DNA of 63,925 bases, the filler included, from Craspedostauros australis (Eukaryota), in NCBI GenBank assembly GCA_030167865.1. It is 10 parts of 10 records of this genome, joined end to end, with 100 filler letters (N's around TTAATTAATTAA, not from the genome) between each part and the next. Parts side by side here need not be neighbours in the genome. Positions count along the whole stretch, not along the records: positions 22,593 to 35,935 come from JALAGF010005389.1; positions 36,036 to 38,714 come from JALAGF010005393.1; positions 38,815 to 41,403 come from JALAGF010005394.1; positions 41,504 to 52,363 come from JALAGF010005395.1; 6 more parts are not named here. The stretch is one strand, 5' to 3'. Shown in pieces: positions 35,564 through 49,200 of the stretch. The first letter of the stretch is position 1; every line of letters begins with the position of its first letter. Position numbers and translations under genes: made by a program. The notes beneath the pieces were generated by a model. That model saw only the letters and a program-made list of their open reading frames with translations, searched no databases and was not told where the DNA came from.

Positions 35564-36342
35564 TGTTGGCAAGTTCCNCTCACGGNANCCTNCGNTCGTG
35601 GAAGATGGTGTTGGTTGATAGTCGTTCGTTTGCTATTTCATTACGTTGGCACTCCGATCCTCTCGGTGTCCGTTCGTTCTCTTGCCCGATGCTCTCGGCG
35701 CTTCAATCTGTTTTGTAGATTCGGTCTCCGACTATGAGTTGGTGTGCGAGATGCTCTCTCACTGCTCTTCATATTCTCTCTCTCTCTGTCTCAGCATCGT
35801 GTACTTCGTGCTACACCATGCTCCGTGTTCGATGCGTACTCCGCATTCAATACTCCGTTCATTCAGTACTGGTTCCTACTCCATGAGTACTTACCATTTG
35901 AAGTTCATCTCCCGTATCCATGATCTTGATGCCCTNNNNNNNNNNNNNNNNNNNNNNNNNNNNNNNNNNNNNNNNNNNNTTAATTAATTAANNNNNNNNN
36001 NNNNNNNNNNNNNNNNNNNNNNNNNNNNNNNNNNNTGATGCAGTGGTCTGTCAGATGATATCGTCATCTGAGGTTTAGTTGGGAAGTACCTCGAGATTCT
36101 CTTGGTACCATTGATGGATGGACGGACGATCTTCCAATTCTCTTAGAAATCGTCATTTGCAAATTTCCTCCAGAAATCTTGCCCCTTTTCGTGTGTTCCG
36201 TTTCCCCTGTAATTCTGANGAATCACAGTATACTATCGACACGAATGTAGTTATACCGTCCAAGTCCGTATGAGAGAATAGCGGGTGAACGATGCACATA
36301 TACTCGTACATCTCGACATATACTCACATGTACATCTCGACA
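35564..36342 (-). repeat. Two copia family A LTR halves at the ends of adjacent scaffolds (35564-35935, 36035-36342)
   Basis: Homologous to 21253-22485 and separated by a linker. Confidence 0.85.
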
Positions 36343-37391
36343 GACCTACCTCGAAGGGCGCGGCAGAGGTTTTGCAGTCCAGGCAGGTGGTGCCGCCAGG
36401 CGCCCCAGTCCAATGGGGGGCGATCGGCGACGCACTACGAGAACTGGATCAAAACCGACGGCTACTCACTATCAAGCTGATCACCGGGGAGGCGCCTCTG
36501 GGCAAGCGTATGAAGCAGTGGGGCATGAGGTTATCTGACCAATGTCCAAGTTGCGACGATCGCGAGGACACTGCTCACTTTTGGCTGTGCAAGAACGTAG
36601 GCAGACGAGCGATAGCGAGAAAACATACACATGAGATACGACGATGGATGAGAAAATACCCGACGAAGCCGGAAGTCGCTTCGATGTTGACGGCCATTCT
36701 GCGCAGTCAGCTAGACGGGACGGTCTATCTCCGATCGGCCCAGCAAGGCGGAGAACTCTACGACGCGATGCAACAGCAGCTGGCCGCCGGGGCGCAAGCT
36801 CTCCGGAAGGGCCTTGTTGTTGGGCGTTGGGAGCAAATACAGGAGGAGTATCTGCAGCAGGCGCAATCTCGTAAGTCCGCTGCAAAGTGGACCAGGCAGC
36901 TGATACGACGTATATGGCGCATCGCATGGGATCAGTGGGCAGCGCGCAACGATGATATGTTCAACAGTCAGGACTCGGCCGAAGCCGGGATGATTCAAGC
37001 TCTTCGAAACAGAGCAGAGTCACTCCGACTTCGCCTCGAGCAAGACAATACCACACACGAACGCATGCTAAGAACGGCCCCGTCTCCCGAAGCGTACACT
37101 GCGCAGGTAGCAGTATGGGTGGAGCAAGCCGCACGAGTGCTGCACGAACCGGCCGCCTCTGGCGCCCTGTTCAAGTGGCTTCAGCGTCGGCGACATCACC
37201 CAGCACCAGCGCCGCCAGCTTGACAACACAGGCAGCTGCAGCATCATGAATGAGATGCATACGACACACTACATGACAACACATAGATTCCGTGCTCCCT
37301 TCGTGCCACGCACGAAGTTTAAAGGAGGCGGAGAAAAGCGCCACCGGCGCAGCCTCATAAGAGGGTTTAATCCTTGAGTTATTTATTTATT
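36343..37391 (+). mobile_element. 3' end of a non-LTR retrotransposon (ORF2 CCHC zinc-finger region, 3' UTR, (TTTA)n tail)
   Basis: CPSCDDREDTAHFWLC, Trp-rich WRIAWDQWAARN, stop at 37223, hairpins, and TTATTTATTTATT at 37379-37391. The 5' side is cut by an LTR. Confidence 0.72.
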
Positions 37392-39069
37392 CAAGTATCA
37401 AATGTCATTGCGACTGTCTTTGTGACCTCATTCACGAATTCGATTTCCACGCCTCAAGAAATGGGCTAGTCGTGATTATTTCCATTAATGGATTTCTCAT
37501 TTCAATTATTGCTCTATAGAAGTGCGCTGGTCGCGACTGTTTCCATTAATGCATTTCTCGTTTCCATTTTTTTCATAGAAGTGCGCTGGGCCCAATATGG
37601 TCTCATTTTTTGGTTTCATGGCATCGGTCACGGGACTCGTCATCCGCCTCGGCGGCAAGCTCGGAGAGTGATCGAAGTCGTCNNNNNNNNNNNNNNNNNN
37701 NNNNNNNNNNNNNNNNNNNNNNNNNNNNNNNNCTCCCTTCGTGCCACGCACGAAGTTTAAAGGAGGCGGAGAAAAGCGCCACCGGCGCAGCCTCATAAGA
37801 GGGTTTAATCCTTGAGTTATTTATTTATTCAAGTATCAAATGTCATTGCGACTGTCTTTGTGACCTCATTCACGAATTCGATTTCCACGCCTCAAGAAAT
37901 GGGCTAGTCGTGATTATTTCCATTAATGGATTTCTCATTTCAATTATTGCTCTATAGAAGTGCGCTGGTCGCGACTGTTTCCATTAATGCATTTCTCGTT
38001 TCCATTTTTTTCATAGAAGTGCGCTGGGCCCAATANGGTCTCATTTTTTGGTTTCATGGCATCGGTCACGGGACTCGTCATCCGCCTCGGCGGCAAGCTC
38101 GGAGAGTGATCGAAGTCGTCTGTGATGCGGAACCAAAACACGGGAGAACGAGCTTTGGGATCATCCGGGTCGGACCATCTGGCGGTCGGTCGGTGCGGTC
38201 ATCCTGTCTTGTACGACGACACATAAGCGCCACCGATTTAGTAGTTACGTACAAGCTCGCAAGAGTCAGAATTCATTCTCAGCTTCATCGGTTCCTCACC
38301 CGCGAGTACTCGCCACAGTTCTCAATTTAGCGCACTCACGTCCTGCAATGTACGCGTGACTATCGTTGACACTACAGCAACTTGGATTGTTCTCTTCTAC
38401 CCACACNGCTTGGCTGGATTTTTCTTCCTCGCTGAAATTCCAATGACAACAGCTTTCTCTGCACTTCGCTGATCCATTTAACGGTGTTATGAATGTTGAT
38501 GATACCAATCTTGTCGTGGATGGTATTTGATTCTTTTTTCTTGGTGGAGCAAGGACAATCCAGCAGATCACGAGAAGGCAGTTCCCCACGCAAGAAATGA
38601 GTGATGCCACCTCTCCGTTTCCAAAGTCGTCCCACAAAATCAAAAGGACGACGATGAACTTCTCTTTTTCACCATCCAACAGCATGGCTGGACACCATCA
38701 CCACAATCAACAGCNNNNNNNNNNNNNNNNNNNNNNNNNNNNNNNNNNNNNNNNNNNNTTAATTAATTAANNNNNNNNNNNNNNNNNNNNNNNNNNNNNN
38801 NNNNNNNNNNNNNNGGATTGGTGAAAGGTAGTATTAGTATGAATGAAGAAAAGCGTATTTCGCATCAATGTACTCTCTACCAAACTCGGTATCGTTTTTT
38901 GCTCTCTTTCTCATTGATTGTTATACAGTCCATGTCAGTGAATGATTGTCCACAAAACTCGGTATCGTTTTGTTGCTCTCTTTCGCATGGATTGTTATAC
39001 AGTCCGTGTCAGTGAATGATTGTCCAGACAATCAAAAGAGCACGTTGCAAACAAAAGAATGTGTCATTC

Positions 39070-39445
39070 TCAACCATCCACAACAAGAATTTTTCCACCA
39101 CAGATGGGATTGTTCGCAAACTTTACTGTTCACAAACCAGGCATTGTGAGTTTGCGTATGTATGCAAAAACAAAGTTCGGACTGTTCCGCAAAGAACAAC
39201 AATCCATGACAAGAATTTTTCCACCACAGATGGGATTGTTCGCAACTTTACTGTTCACAAACCAGGCATTGTGAGTTTGCGTATGTATGCGAAAACAAAG
39301 TTCGGACTGTTCCACAAAGAACAACAATCCGTGACAAGAGTTTTTCCACCACAGATGGGATTGTTCGCAAACTTTACTGTTCACAAACCAGACATTGTGA
39401 GTTTGCGTATGTATGCAAAAACAAAGTTCGGATTGTTCCGCGAAG
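39070..39445 (+). repeat. ~126-bp tandem repeat x3 (preceded by a ~74-bp repeat x2 at ~38880-39030)
   Basis: CCACCACAGATGGG recurs at 39095, 39221 and 39346. Confidence 0.92.
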
Positions 39446-39967
39446 AATGACGATTGCGTACAAAAAGGCATAAACTTTGTAACCTCGTGATTGTGTGTTT
39501 ATGGCTGTTTACTCCAGATTGTGTGTCTGTCTGTGTGTCTGTGCTGAACTGCCGGCGTCTGTCAGTTGAGGACACAGTCGGCCCACCCAACCTCCGAAGT
39601 TGACACCAACCAAGACGAAAGGGCAGGGATGAACAGGGCTGAGATGTCGCAAGACCTCAGGGTTTGCTTGTTTAGCGCAGGATCATCATCCAAGAAAGAC
39701 CAATTTCGAGCTACAACCATGGCTGCAGAGATGGTTTCTTGTTCTGTGGCTGTTTATGCATATGGCTGTCTGTGTTTGTGTATGTTTGCTTGTGACTACC
39801 AAACAATCCACATTTTACTATATTTGTGTCTGTTTGTGTTCCTATACAGCCATAGAGTGCAAAAAAGCCAAAAAGAGGCTTGTCACAATCTGTGGTGCAT
39901 GGTCTGTTTGTGTATCCATTGATTTGCTTGTCTTTGGCTGTCAGTGTAGCTGTTATTTTTGGAATGG

Positions 39968-41236
39968 AGGAATAAAGTTACCCAAAGATTGTAGTTGACG
40001 GAAAATAAAGTTACGCAAAGATGGTAATTAGCGGATAATAAAGTTATGCAAAGATAGTAATTGGCAAATAATAAAGTTACACAAACATCGTAATTGGCAA
40101 ATAATAAAGTTACACAAACATCGTAATTGGCGGATAATAAAGTTACACAAACATCGTAATTGGCAAATAATAAAGTTACACAAACATCGTAATTGGCGGA
40201 TAATAAAGTTACACAAACATCGTAATTGGCGGATAATAAAGTTACACAAACATCGTAATTGGCAAATAATAAAGTTACGCAAAGATGGTAATTGGCGGAT
40301 AATAAAGTTACACAAACATCGTAATTGGCGGATAATACAGTTACACAAACATCGAAATTGGCAGATAACAAAGTTACCAAACATCGTAATTGGCGGATAA
40401 TAAAGTTACGCAAACATCGTAATTGGCGGATAACAAAGTTACGCAAACATCGTAATTGGCGGAAAATAAAGTTACCAAACATCGTNNNNNNNNNNNNNNN
40501 NNNNNNNNNNNNNNNNNNNNNNNNNNNNNNNNNNNAAAATAAAGTTACGCAAAGATGGTAATTAGCGGATAATAAAGTTATGCAAAGATAGTAATTGGCG
40601 GATAATAAAGTTACACAAAGATGGTAATTGGCGGATAATAAAGTTATGCAAAGATAGTAATTGGCAAATAATAAAGTTACGCAAACATCGTAATTGGCGG
40701 ATAATAAAGTTACACAAACATCATAATTGGCAAATAATAAAGTTACNNNNNNNNNNNNNNNNNNNNNNNNNNNNNNNNNNNNNNNNNNNNNNNNNNNNNN
40801 NNNNNNNNNNNNNNNNNNNNNNNNNNNNNNNNNNNNNNNNNNNNNNNNNNNNNNNNNNNNNNNNNATAATAAAGTTACACAAACATCGTAATTGGCGGAT
40901 AATAAAGTTACACAAACATCATAATTGGCAAATAATAAAGTTACGCAAAGATGGTAATTGGCGGATAATAAAGTTACGCAAACATCGTAATTGGCGGAAA
41001 ATAAAGTTACCAAACATCGTAATTGGCGGATAACAAAGTTACACAAACATCATAATTGGCAAATAATAAAGTTACACAAACATCGTAATTGGCGGATAAT
41101 AAAGTTACGCAAACATCGTAATTGGCGGAAAATGAAGTTACCAAACATCGTAATTGGCGGAAAATGAAGTTACCAAATATCGTAATTGGCAGAAAATAAA
41201 GTTACCAAACATCGTAATTGGCGGAAAATAAAGTTG
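39968..41236 (+). repeat. 33-bp satellite array (AATAAAGTTACACAAACATCGTAATTGGCGGAT) with sequence variants
   Basis: Roughly 30 visible tandem units and no unique spacers. Confidence 0.95.
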
Positions 41237-41503
41237 GTGTACAATTAATCATTGTTGCAGAGTAAATCGCATAAAGTTAATCATTGTTGCAGAATAAAGT
41301 TACATAAAGTTAATCGTTTTCGCTGAGTAAACTTGCATTAACACAGTTATTATAATCATTGCAGAGCAGAGTACACTTTATCACATGGTGGAGCTCAGTG
41401 TAGNNNNNNNNNNNNNNNNNNNNNNNNNNNNNNNNNNNNNNNNNNNNTTAATTAATTAANNNNNNNNNNNNNNNNNNNNNNNNNNNNNNNNNNNNNNNNN
41501 NNN

Positions 41504-42030
41504 CGAATGCCAAAGTTGAAGAGCTCCTGCTCGATGATCTTCTTGTGCGTCACGGGCTTGCCGCTGTCCAGGACGATGAGGATGAGGTTGCACGTGCGCG
41601 CCGTCGAGATGACCTGGCGTCCGCGGCCGCGTCCATCGGCGGCACCTTCGATGATCCCGGGCAGATCCAGCACCTGGATGCGCGCGCCCTTGTACTTCAT
41701 GGTGCCGGGAATGCACGTGAGCGTCGTGAATTCGTAGGCCGCGGCCTCGGATCTGGTGCCCGTCAAGGCCGTGAGCAAGGTCGACTTGCCGACGGAGGGA
41801 AAGCCGACCAACCCGATGCGCGTGTCGCCGCTCTTCGTGACGTCGAAGCCGCGCTCGGCATTCTTCGTGCCGGCCGATTTGCCGCCGGGGCCGTTGACGA
41901 GCTCGGACTTGAGCTTGGCAATCTTGGCCTTCAGCGTGCCCAGGTGGTAGTTCGTGGCCTTGTTCTTTTGCGTGCGGGCCATCTCGGCCTCCAGCTCCGC
42001 GATCTTCGCTTGGATGGGGTTGTCGGACAT
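41504..42030 (-). CDS. DRG1: Developmentally regulated GTP-binding protein 1 (OBG family), 5' part only
   Basis: [43 protein letters not shown] is DRG1-type. Confidence 0.92.
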
Positions 42031-42972
42031 GGTTGTTTATTGCTTATAGCTGGCTATGGAGTAGCTTGTGGATTGGGTTCGAGCAGATTGCCTGGTTGGT
42101 GGTGGAGTACGATCTACCAATATAATACGATGAAACAGAGTCGATTTGAGTTGAGTTGAATTGATGCCAACAGGATTGGATGCGGAACGGGCCACAAGCG
42201 ACGGCGCACAATTCGACCTTTCGCCATGGTCGACCTCTCTGTCACCTTTCGGCATGTGTTTGTGTTGTCTTGATTGTTTCGGGTCGAAGTGACGGACAGA
42301 CGACGATTCAACACAATCGACTCATTGGACCATATCATGTGTACGACTGAACTCGCTGGAAAAAAGTGGCGCGCCAACACGAGTCAAGGTCGCGCAGAAT
42401 GAATTCTGACGCTTGCGACCTGGTAGATGCTGCAAAGGAGAGACCTCAAGACACACAGAAGACGATCCTATCTAGCGTTAGTGGCTGTTATTGCTGTTGT
42501 TGCTGCTGTTTCGAGCTGTGGTCCTCGAAATTGTGTGTCCTCTTCTGCTCTGAAAGGATTATGTTGCTAACACATGCTCACGGACGTAACCACTATTCCG
42601 GCGGTGCGCAGAAGTCATCATACAAGATCTGGGTCGTACTGTCTGGCAGCTGGCTGATACAGTCATCCGATGATCCCAAAACTCGTTCTGTGCCATTGAG
42701 GAAATTCACAAGAGAGTTACCGCTTGCAACTATAAGCCACCCCTGGAACCTGTTGTGGCGACAACCAGTCGGGAGCTCTCCCCAAACGTTCGCATTTGTG
42801 TTGGAGCTTGGAGAGACTGAAGTAAACCATAGCAATTGTACGATGACGTTTTCAATACTGTTAGAACGAAATCGAAGATGGGATTCCGCACCAAAACGTA
42901 GAATGAGCAGATCATTGTTGGGGTGAGGAAGAGTGTTTGTTATTTGAGTGTTATTCATATGAGTAGGTAGGA

Positions 42973-43295
42973 TGTTGGAAATCCGGGGTTATAGTTAGTA
43001 CTAAATTCGAATCTGCTGTTAGAATTGTACCGTTTTAGAACTGTGAGTACAATCTCACTTTCTCTTTCGATTTCATCTTCATGGCAGGCATCTGTCGCAG
43101 TGGCGACACGGGGCGTCCTGTTGTCTCTTAGGTGCTTCCCCCTTCATTCATCATGCTCTGTTCTTGCTTCCTTGTCTCTGCACTGTCGTAGCTGTCTACG
43201 TTTGCATGGTAGGGATCTGCAGTCTTGAGCGCTAGCCTATCTCATGTTTCCTTCGTTGATCCTCATGACACCATCGTCTCATAGCCGATGTCACC
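42973..43295 (-). repeat. U5 fragment of an inverted family C-related LTR (target of the next insertion)
   Basis: Starts TGTTGGAAATCCGGGGTT and aligns with 34362 onward. Confidence 0.7.
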
Positions 43296-46200
43296 TGTCA
43301 GGAATCGAGGGTACGACTATGTCGTGTTATCCTAGATTGCCGCACCTCCCATAATACCAAAAATAGACTAGTCGATCTACCAAAGTCGGACACACTCCCA
43401 AGTCGATTGTGAGCCATCCTCGTCTGTGTGTCAAGAGTATGACGGACAACGGACAGGCGAATGACATGATGTGTTCGTGATGACTAACGGACAAAGATGG
43501 CGAACCTTGGATGTAAAAGGGAGACTGGAACACCGAAGTGTTCCAAACACGATGGTTGACCGGTGGAACAAACATCTATGCGAAAGCGCTATCATGGTTA
43601 TGTCGCTCGGAACTCAGAACACGATCTTGTGAATGACGGAGAACCAGCGAAGGAGAACATAGCGCGGATCGGAACATCATCGAAGGATTGGACTGATCGT
43701 GCCAGAACATCATGTTCTGACCAAGTGTGATCATTGGTGAACATGTGAGAAAAGTGAGTGAACAACGTGAAAGAGTGCACTGAATGGGTGATTGATGTCG
43801 GATCGGAAGAGAGTGAAACTTGACATCAGCATGCATGTACTGCAGGAGTGTAGAAGGGAATCACCATGGAGGAACATGATGAAATACACCTGGAATGCAT
43901 GATGAGATGTGTATGATGAACAAGCTCTGCAATGATGAATACAAGAGCAACTAAAGGGTGCTACTGCTATTATCATGGGCAATGGATTTGAAGATGCAAG
44001 AAATGAAGAGGATGTTCCCACAGTTCCAACAATGCAACAACAGGAATAGGTAATCAGATACTACTACTAGAGACTGGGTTACCCCGGATTTCCAACANNN
44101 NNNNNNNNNNNNNNNNNNNNNNNNNNNNNNNNNNNNNNNNNNNNNNNNNNNNNNNNNNNNNNNNNNCCAACATCACCATCATCGACATGACCACCATCTA
44201 CACTCAAGACCATCGCGAGTAATGGTCCCCTGTGTGAAGAGAGAGGAGAGAAAGCCGCTCTGGAGCATTATGCTCCTTGCCAATGGACGCCAAGATCGGC
44301 ATGGCAACCTACGCATGAACGACGATGTCAAGACGATGATGATGATCGAGTCGAGCACCACCGCGAGTCCACCAGCAGNGTGGAGACNGCAGCNGAAGCA
44401 ATTTCAACCACTACANGNATTGCTGGAAGCAAGGAGGCGCTCGGAACACGCGCATTGGAAGAACTGTCCATGGTCATGGGACCATGAAGTCGAGGAAGGC
44501 ATGGAGACCTTTGAGGCTGTGTTGGAGAACGAGAGCAAGCTGCACGCAAGAAGGGATTCGGACGCAGCAGGCCACGCTCTCGAATGAATCGGATTCAGCA
44601 GACTGTGCCATGAGGGCAAGATAGCTGATGGAGCTCAATGAGATGCAATTGAGGAAGCCGTGAGAGCTTCCAACCAACCCCTGCATGCATGGAGCTGCCT
44701 CGGAACCACTTGGTCGATATGGAAGCCGAGATGGACGAGGAGCAATTCAGATCGCTGATGCTGAATGTCTGTGCGCATGGCACGCGCGACGCATCGAGCA
44801 CGAGCATGCAGGATGGGAGGATATGATGAAGAACGAACAGGATCTACACAGGAATGGGAATGGCCCATGATCGCAATCACATCAAGAGTGACGCAAGGAG
44901 CAGCAATGGAAGGCATCGAGATGATCACATGGTGCTGATTGGCATTGTGTGATACAGGCTCGAGCGCTGGCTGCGATCCCTGCTGTGAGATGATCGAGGA
45001 GGTAAGAATGCAATCTACCAGCCACGAATTGGCAACAACAACGAAAATAACAACACAGGAAGTGTGTGCTTCGATGAGAAGGGAAAGCGCTGCAACAAGC
45101 TGGACAGGAGGTCCCACCGCGCTTCGACCCCAGGCTCAAGATGAAAGACGAGGAACAGGAGGTATCCTCGCCATCGGGGAAGACGATGATTCGAGACATC
45201 CGCAGAGCCATGAGCCTCATCTACGACCGCCACCGTATCAAACACGGTTATAAGTGCGCACGAGGCAACGGCAGTGAGAGAAAGATGACACTGACAACGG
45301 ATCGGTCGGTTCAGGAGCAGATGTCCTAACCACGATGCCCACGATAGTGAGATGAAGGAAGCCGGGTCGGCCAAGGTCGCGACAAACAGGATGGACGGGG
45401 TGGATGACATCGCTCTCATTACAAACGACGAGCCGATGCCCATGCCCATCAACGAAAATGTGGTCGGCACCAAAAATGTGACCAACACGAAATTCGTGGC
45501 CATCACCGAAATCGCGAACAACGACCAAAATGTGACCATGTGAAACTACACGATGATGCGCGATGACAACGCGATCACGAACAACATGGCGCTCGTGACG
45601 ATCGACAATGATGGGGTTTCCGACTTCTACAGCGGAACACCAGTCAACAACCACGAGTGGACAAGGGAGGAGATGGCCGAGTACACTTCAGGAGTGTATG
45701 GCTACTACGGGCCGACGATCGATCACGAGGAGTTGATCAACCGAGAACCCTTCTCATCCGAGAATGAGGAGGAGACAGCAATGCCAACTACGACGAAGGC
45801 GAGACAAGCGAAGAGGAGCGCAGAGGACTGCACATGGATGCAGGTCCGATCTGCCTCCTGGTTCGATACTCGTTGAGCAACATGTTGTGTGCTGACGATG
45901 CGCGCTTCGAGGTCTCGACGATCTGCTACGATGCGATCGACAACTTCAAGAGTCGACTGTGCAGATGCGTGCACCCACACACACTGCACTACATGATGCA
46001 CGAGATTGGCGTGCAGAGCGCACTTGACGTGGTTCGCAACGTGTATGCCATCGACGACATGCTGGAGAACAACAACCTGACTCCAATCCATCAGATGCTG
46101 ATTGGATACATGTGTCGCATGCAAGCGGTATGGACCGCACAGTGAACCTGGCGACAACCAGGATCCTAATCACGAGGAACGTGACATGGATGGATACGTC

Positions 46201-49200
46201 ATGTGGGCAATTTGAGTGTATTAAGAATGCCAACAGGTCAGTATGGATCGGCCTGGGAAATGACAACTCTACTTCAGGGATGATTTCCCCAGATAGAAGA
46301 GTAACTTGGGAGTGACGTGCGGATACCATCCGAAGCATGGAGACCGACGACGCTGATCAGAGCAGAAGAGCCGGAGACGATACAGATACAGAAGACGCTG
46401 CTCACAAGCAAGATGACTTGCTACCTGCCCAAGGGGATGAACCATCGGACGATGATGACGACGATGAAGCCGGAAGGGACAATGACGAAGTGTGGCAGAG
46501 CGATGTGGCGAGGGACCAATCGACTGCACACTCTCCCATGAGACCTGTTGCGCGCGCACCGAGGATGTTGAGTAGCCTTGCGGCTTACTGCAACAGACCG
46601 ATTCCCAAAGAGGAAAGGGAACGAGAGTCAGAATCGGACTCGGAATCGGAGGCAGACAGAGCATCAGCATCAGGAGATGATGATGGCTACAAATCTGCGC
46701 AGGAGACGATGATAGTCACCGCGGCAACAGGAGGACCCAACTTCCACACAGATGGGTCAGTGTTCAACAGAGACGCTGCGGGCATGATGATTGATACTAC
46801 CCAAGGGAGGATGAGACATATCGACTTCATTGCTGCAAGTCAGGATGTTGAGAGCGAACGGAATGGTGAGCGGTCCGAACAAGCCAATACGGCGTTGATG
46901 TTGGATCCAACGACGTTCGAGGAGTGCTGGGATCATGCGGATCCCGAGAAGAAAAATGAATGGCAGGAGGCCATGATGGTACGGTTCAGTGATATGGCCA
47001 CAGCATGAGCATGGCAGATGATCAAGAGGAACTGGACGCCGAATGATCGGCGAGATACCACAAGCAGAGAGAAGAGATCGGTGTGCAACGAGCATGAAAT
47101 CTACGAGAGAGAGACTAGAATCTGGAAAGGACACAGCTATGAAAGCAAGAGCCATGAAGGGCGGATTCCAGATACAGTGAGCCAAGGCGCATCGATATCC
47201 ACGGTGATTTTTTGTTGCGTCAGGACGCAAAATCACCGTTTTTTGTCTCCTGACGCAAAAGTACCCGGATGGATAAAATTTGTTGCGCCAGGACGCAAAA
47301 TTGAATTCAACGTGGAGATTTAACACTGGGCGAAAAATGGTGTGACTCACTCGAACACTCGTAAAAAAATCGTTCGCTGTCATCATTTGTCGCCTGTGCT
47401 TTTGGACAAATACTGTGTGTTTTACCGTGTTGTTTTGTACTGATGGATGCAAATCTTATCTGCGCTNCACATCCAGCAACAATAGTATCGAAACAACTCT
47501 CTGAATGTTGCAATGCATATATTAGTGATTTATGTGTTGTACATTGCCTTATTTGCCTCGTGCATGCTCTCCTGCTTGCGAAGAGGAGAAAAGGAGTCAG
47601 GTATGTTTATCGGGCTCTGTCGTCCTCCTTCCTACTGTGATCCTACCACTCTCCTTGCCAGCTTGGCTGCCTATGTTTGATACTTCTGTGTTCAAAGAGT
47701 GCTTCCAGTCACCCATCAGCTCCGTGATGTCTGTGGAGTTGGTTGAGGCACACACTTCGTGCCTTCGGCACGACGACTCGCCTCTGTACATTGATCATCA
47801 ACCACTTGTTTGTCACGCAAGTACAAGGCTCTCGTTCATTCCGTATCGCTTCAAATCAAAAGGGATGCTCCTTCATTTGTCCTCACACTTGTGCTTNCCA
47901 GATTTGGACTTCCAACACTCAGCGCATCCCCGCCGCAAACAGGGTCGCAGGCAAGAGCTCGCACCATCGAAGGCATGAATGTCCTTCCTGTGCAGAGTTC
48001 AGTTCCAAGACCACATGAGGCATACATACAAGAGAAGCATATCATGTTTGCCGGTGTGCGCATCCGCACCATTGTCAAATGATCCCCCTTTGGTTGGCAG
48101 AAACTAACGTGTGGGGTGGTGACTGCATTCTTGGTGGCCATATTTGTTGCCAGAATCTGGATGAATCTGATTGCCGTCCTGCTATCAAATATGAACATCT
48201 TCTTATTCACGTCAATAAGAACAATAATAAGTCACTGAATGTCCTCCGCGTACAAAGTTACCTTGAAGGCTTTAGTGTTGGCCGCCTACAACGAACCTAG
48301 GGCCGATTGCGCTGAAACGACTTCCCTGTGTCTCTCACTGCCTAGCCTACCACGATTTGTCAGCACCATGGGCCATCAAACATACCGCACTGGGCATCCG
48401 ACTTGCGCCCGCTATGCTCTTTCACAAACCTCATGCACTGATCCATGCTCCATATTGTTGCTTGTTCGCCCTTCCTCCCAAGGCCCCGTATAACCGTCGT
48501 TTGCGCAGACCCATTTCTCGTCACTGCACTCTCATGGCGTGTGTGAGTCCTTGGCATACTCCCCTTCTCTCCTGCGTTGCTGCACATTGTTGCTGCTCAA
48601 CTGCCTGGGCCCTTATCCGTGCTGCTTGCACATGCTTTACTCACCGGCTCTGAGCATCCACTGGCCACCTCACCACCTCCACTCTCGCCACATTCGTCAT
48701 GAGGGCTTGGTCTGTGGCCAGGATACCTCCGCCTCCGATCGCCCATTGCTTGTTCACCCTGGCTCATACTTGTTTTCCTGGGCTGCCGCGCGCTTGCGTC
48801 CATCCTGGTCATGTAGCACGCGGTTGCGCGCTTCCCATGGCTTCTGTTGAACCTCCCACAGCCCTCAAATGGCTATGCCTCTCCAGTTTGCTGGCTTCAT
48901 TGGGAGCTCTTCCTCCATCATCACGGACTCCTGTATTGTCCTCCACTGCCTCGCCCAGCGCCCACGCACCATCATACCCCATCCNNNNNNNNNNNNNNNN
49001 NNNNNNNNNNNNNNNNNNNGCGTTGGTGCTCTTGGCTCCATGTTGTCCATGTTGCTCCAACTCCTCAGCTGGCAGAGCATCTCTTGGACCATATCTGGAT
49101 CTCCTCCTACCCAAAGCATATCATCTCCCCACTCTGCATTCGCCTTCTCCCTCACAGAGACTGCTGCTAGATGCCAACACTGCATGACTTGCTCCATTGT

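Noticed and set aside
35564..36342. One solo LTR spanning the linker
   Set aside because: The flanks CCATC and GACCT do not form a TSD, so these are probably two different copies.
39883..41046. 387-aa VTLLSANYDVC repeat ORF or CRISPR-like array
   Set aside because: The frame is open only because the unit is 33 bp, and 32-bp variants break it. There are no unique spacers and no cas genes.
42591..42960. CACTA start suggesting an EnSpm terminus
   Set aside because: Only a 5-mer, with no partner end or TSD.
43296..43830. 530-bp solo LTR with TCACC/TCAGC TSD
   Set aside because: The solo LTR at 34362-35042 shows this family ends in CCCCGGATTTCCAACA (44097), so the near-TSD is coincidental.
42973..44097. 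Apparent TG...CA element with 17-bp TIRs (Ginger/MITE-like)
   Set aside because: Better explained as two related LTR U5 ends in opposite orientation after a nested insertion.
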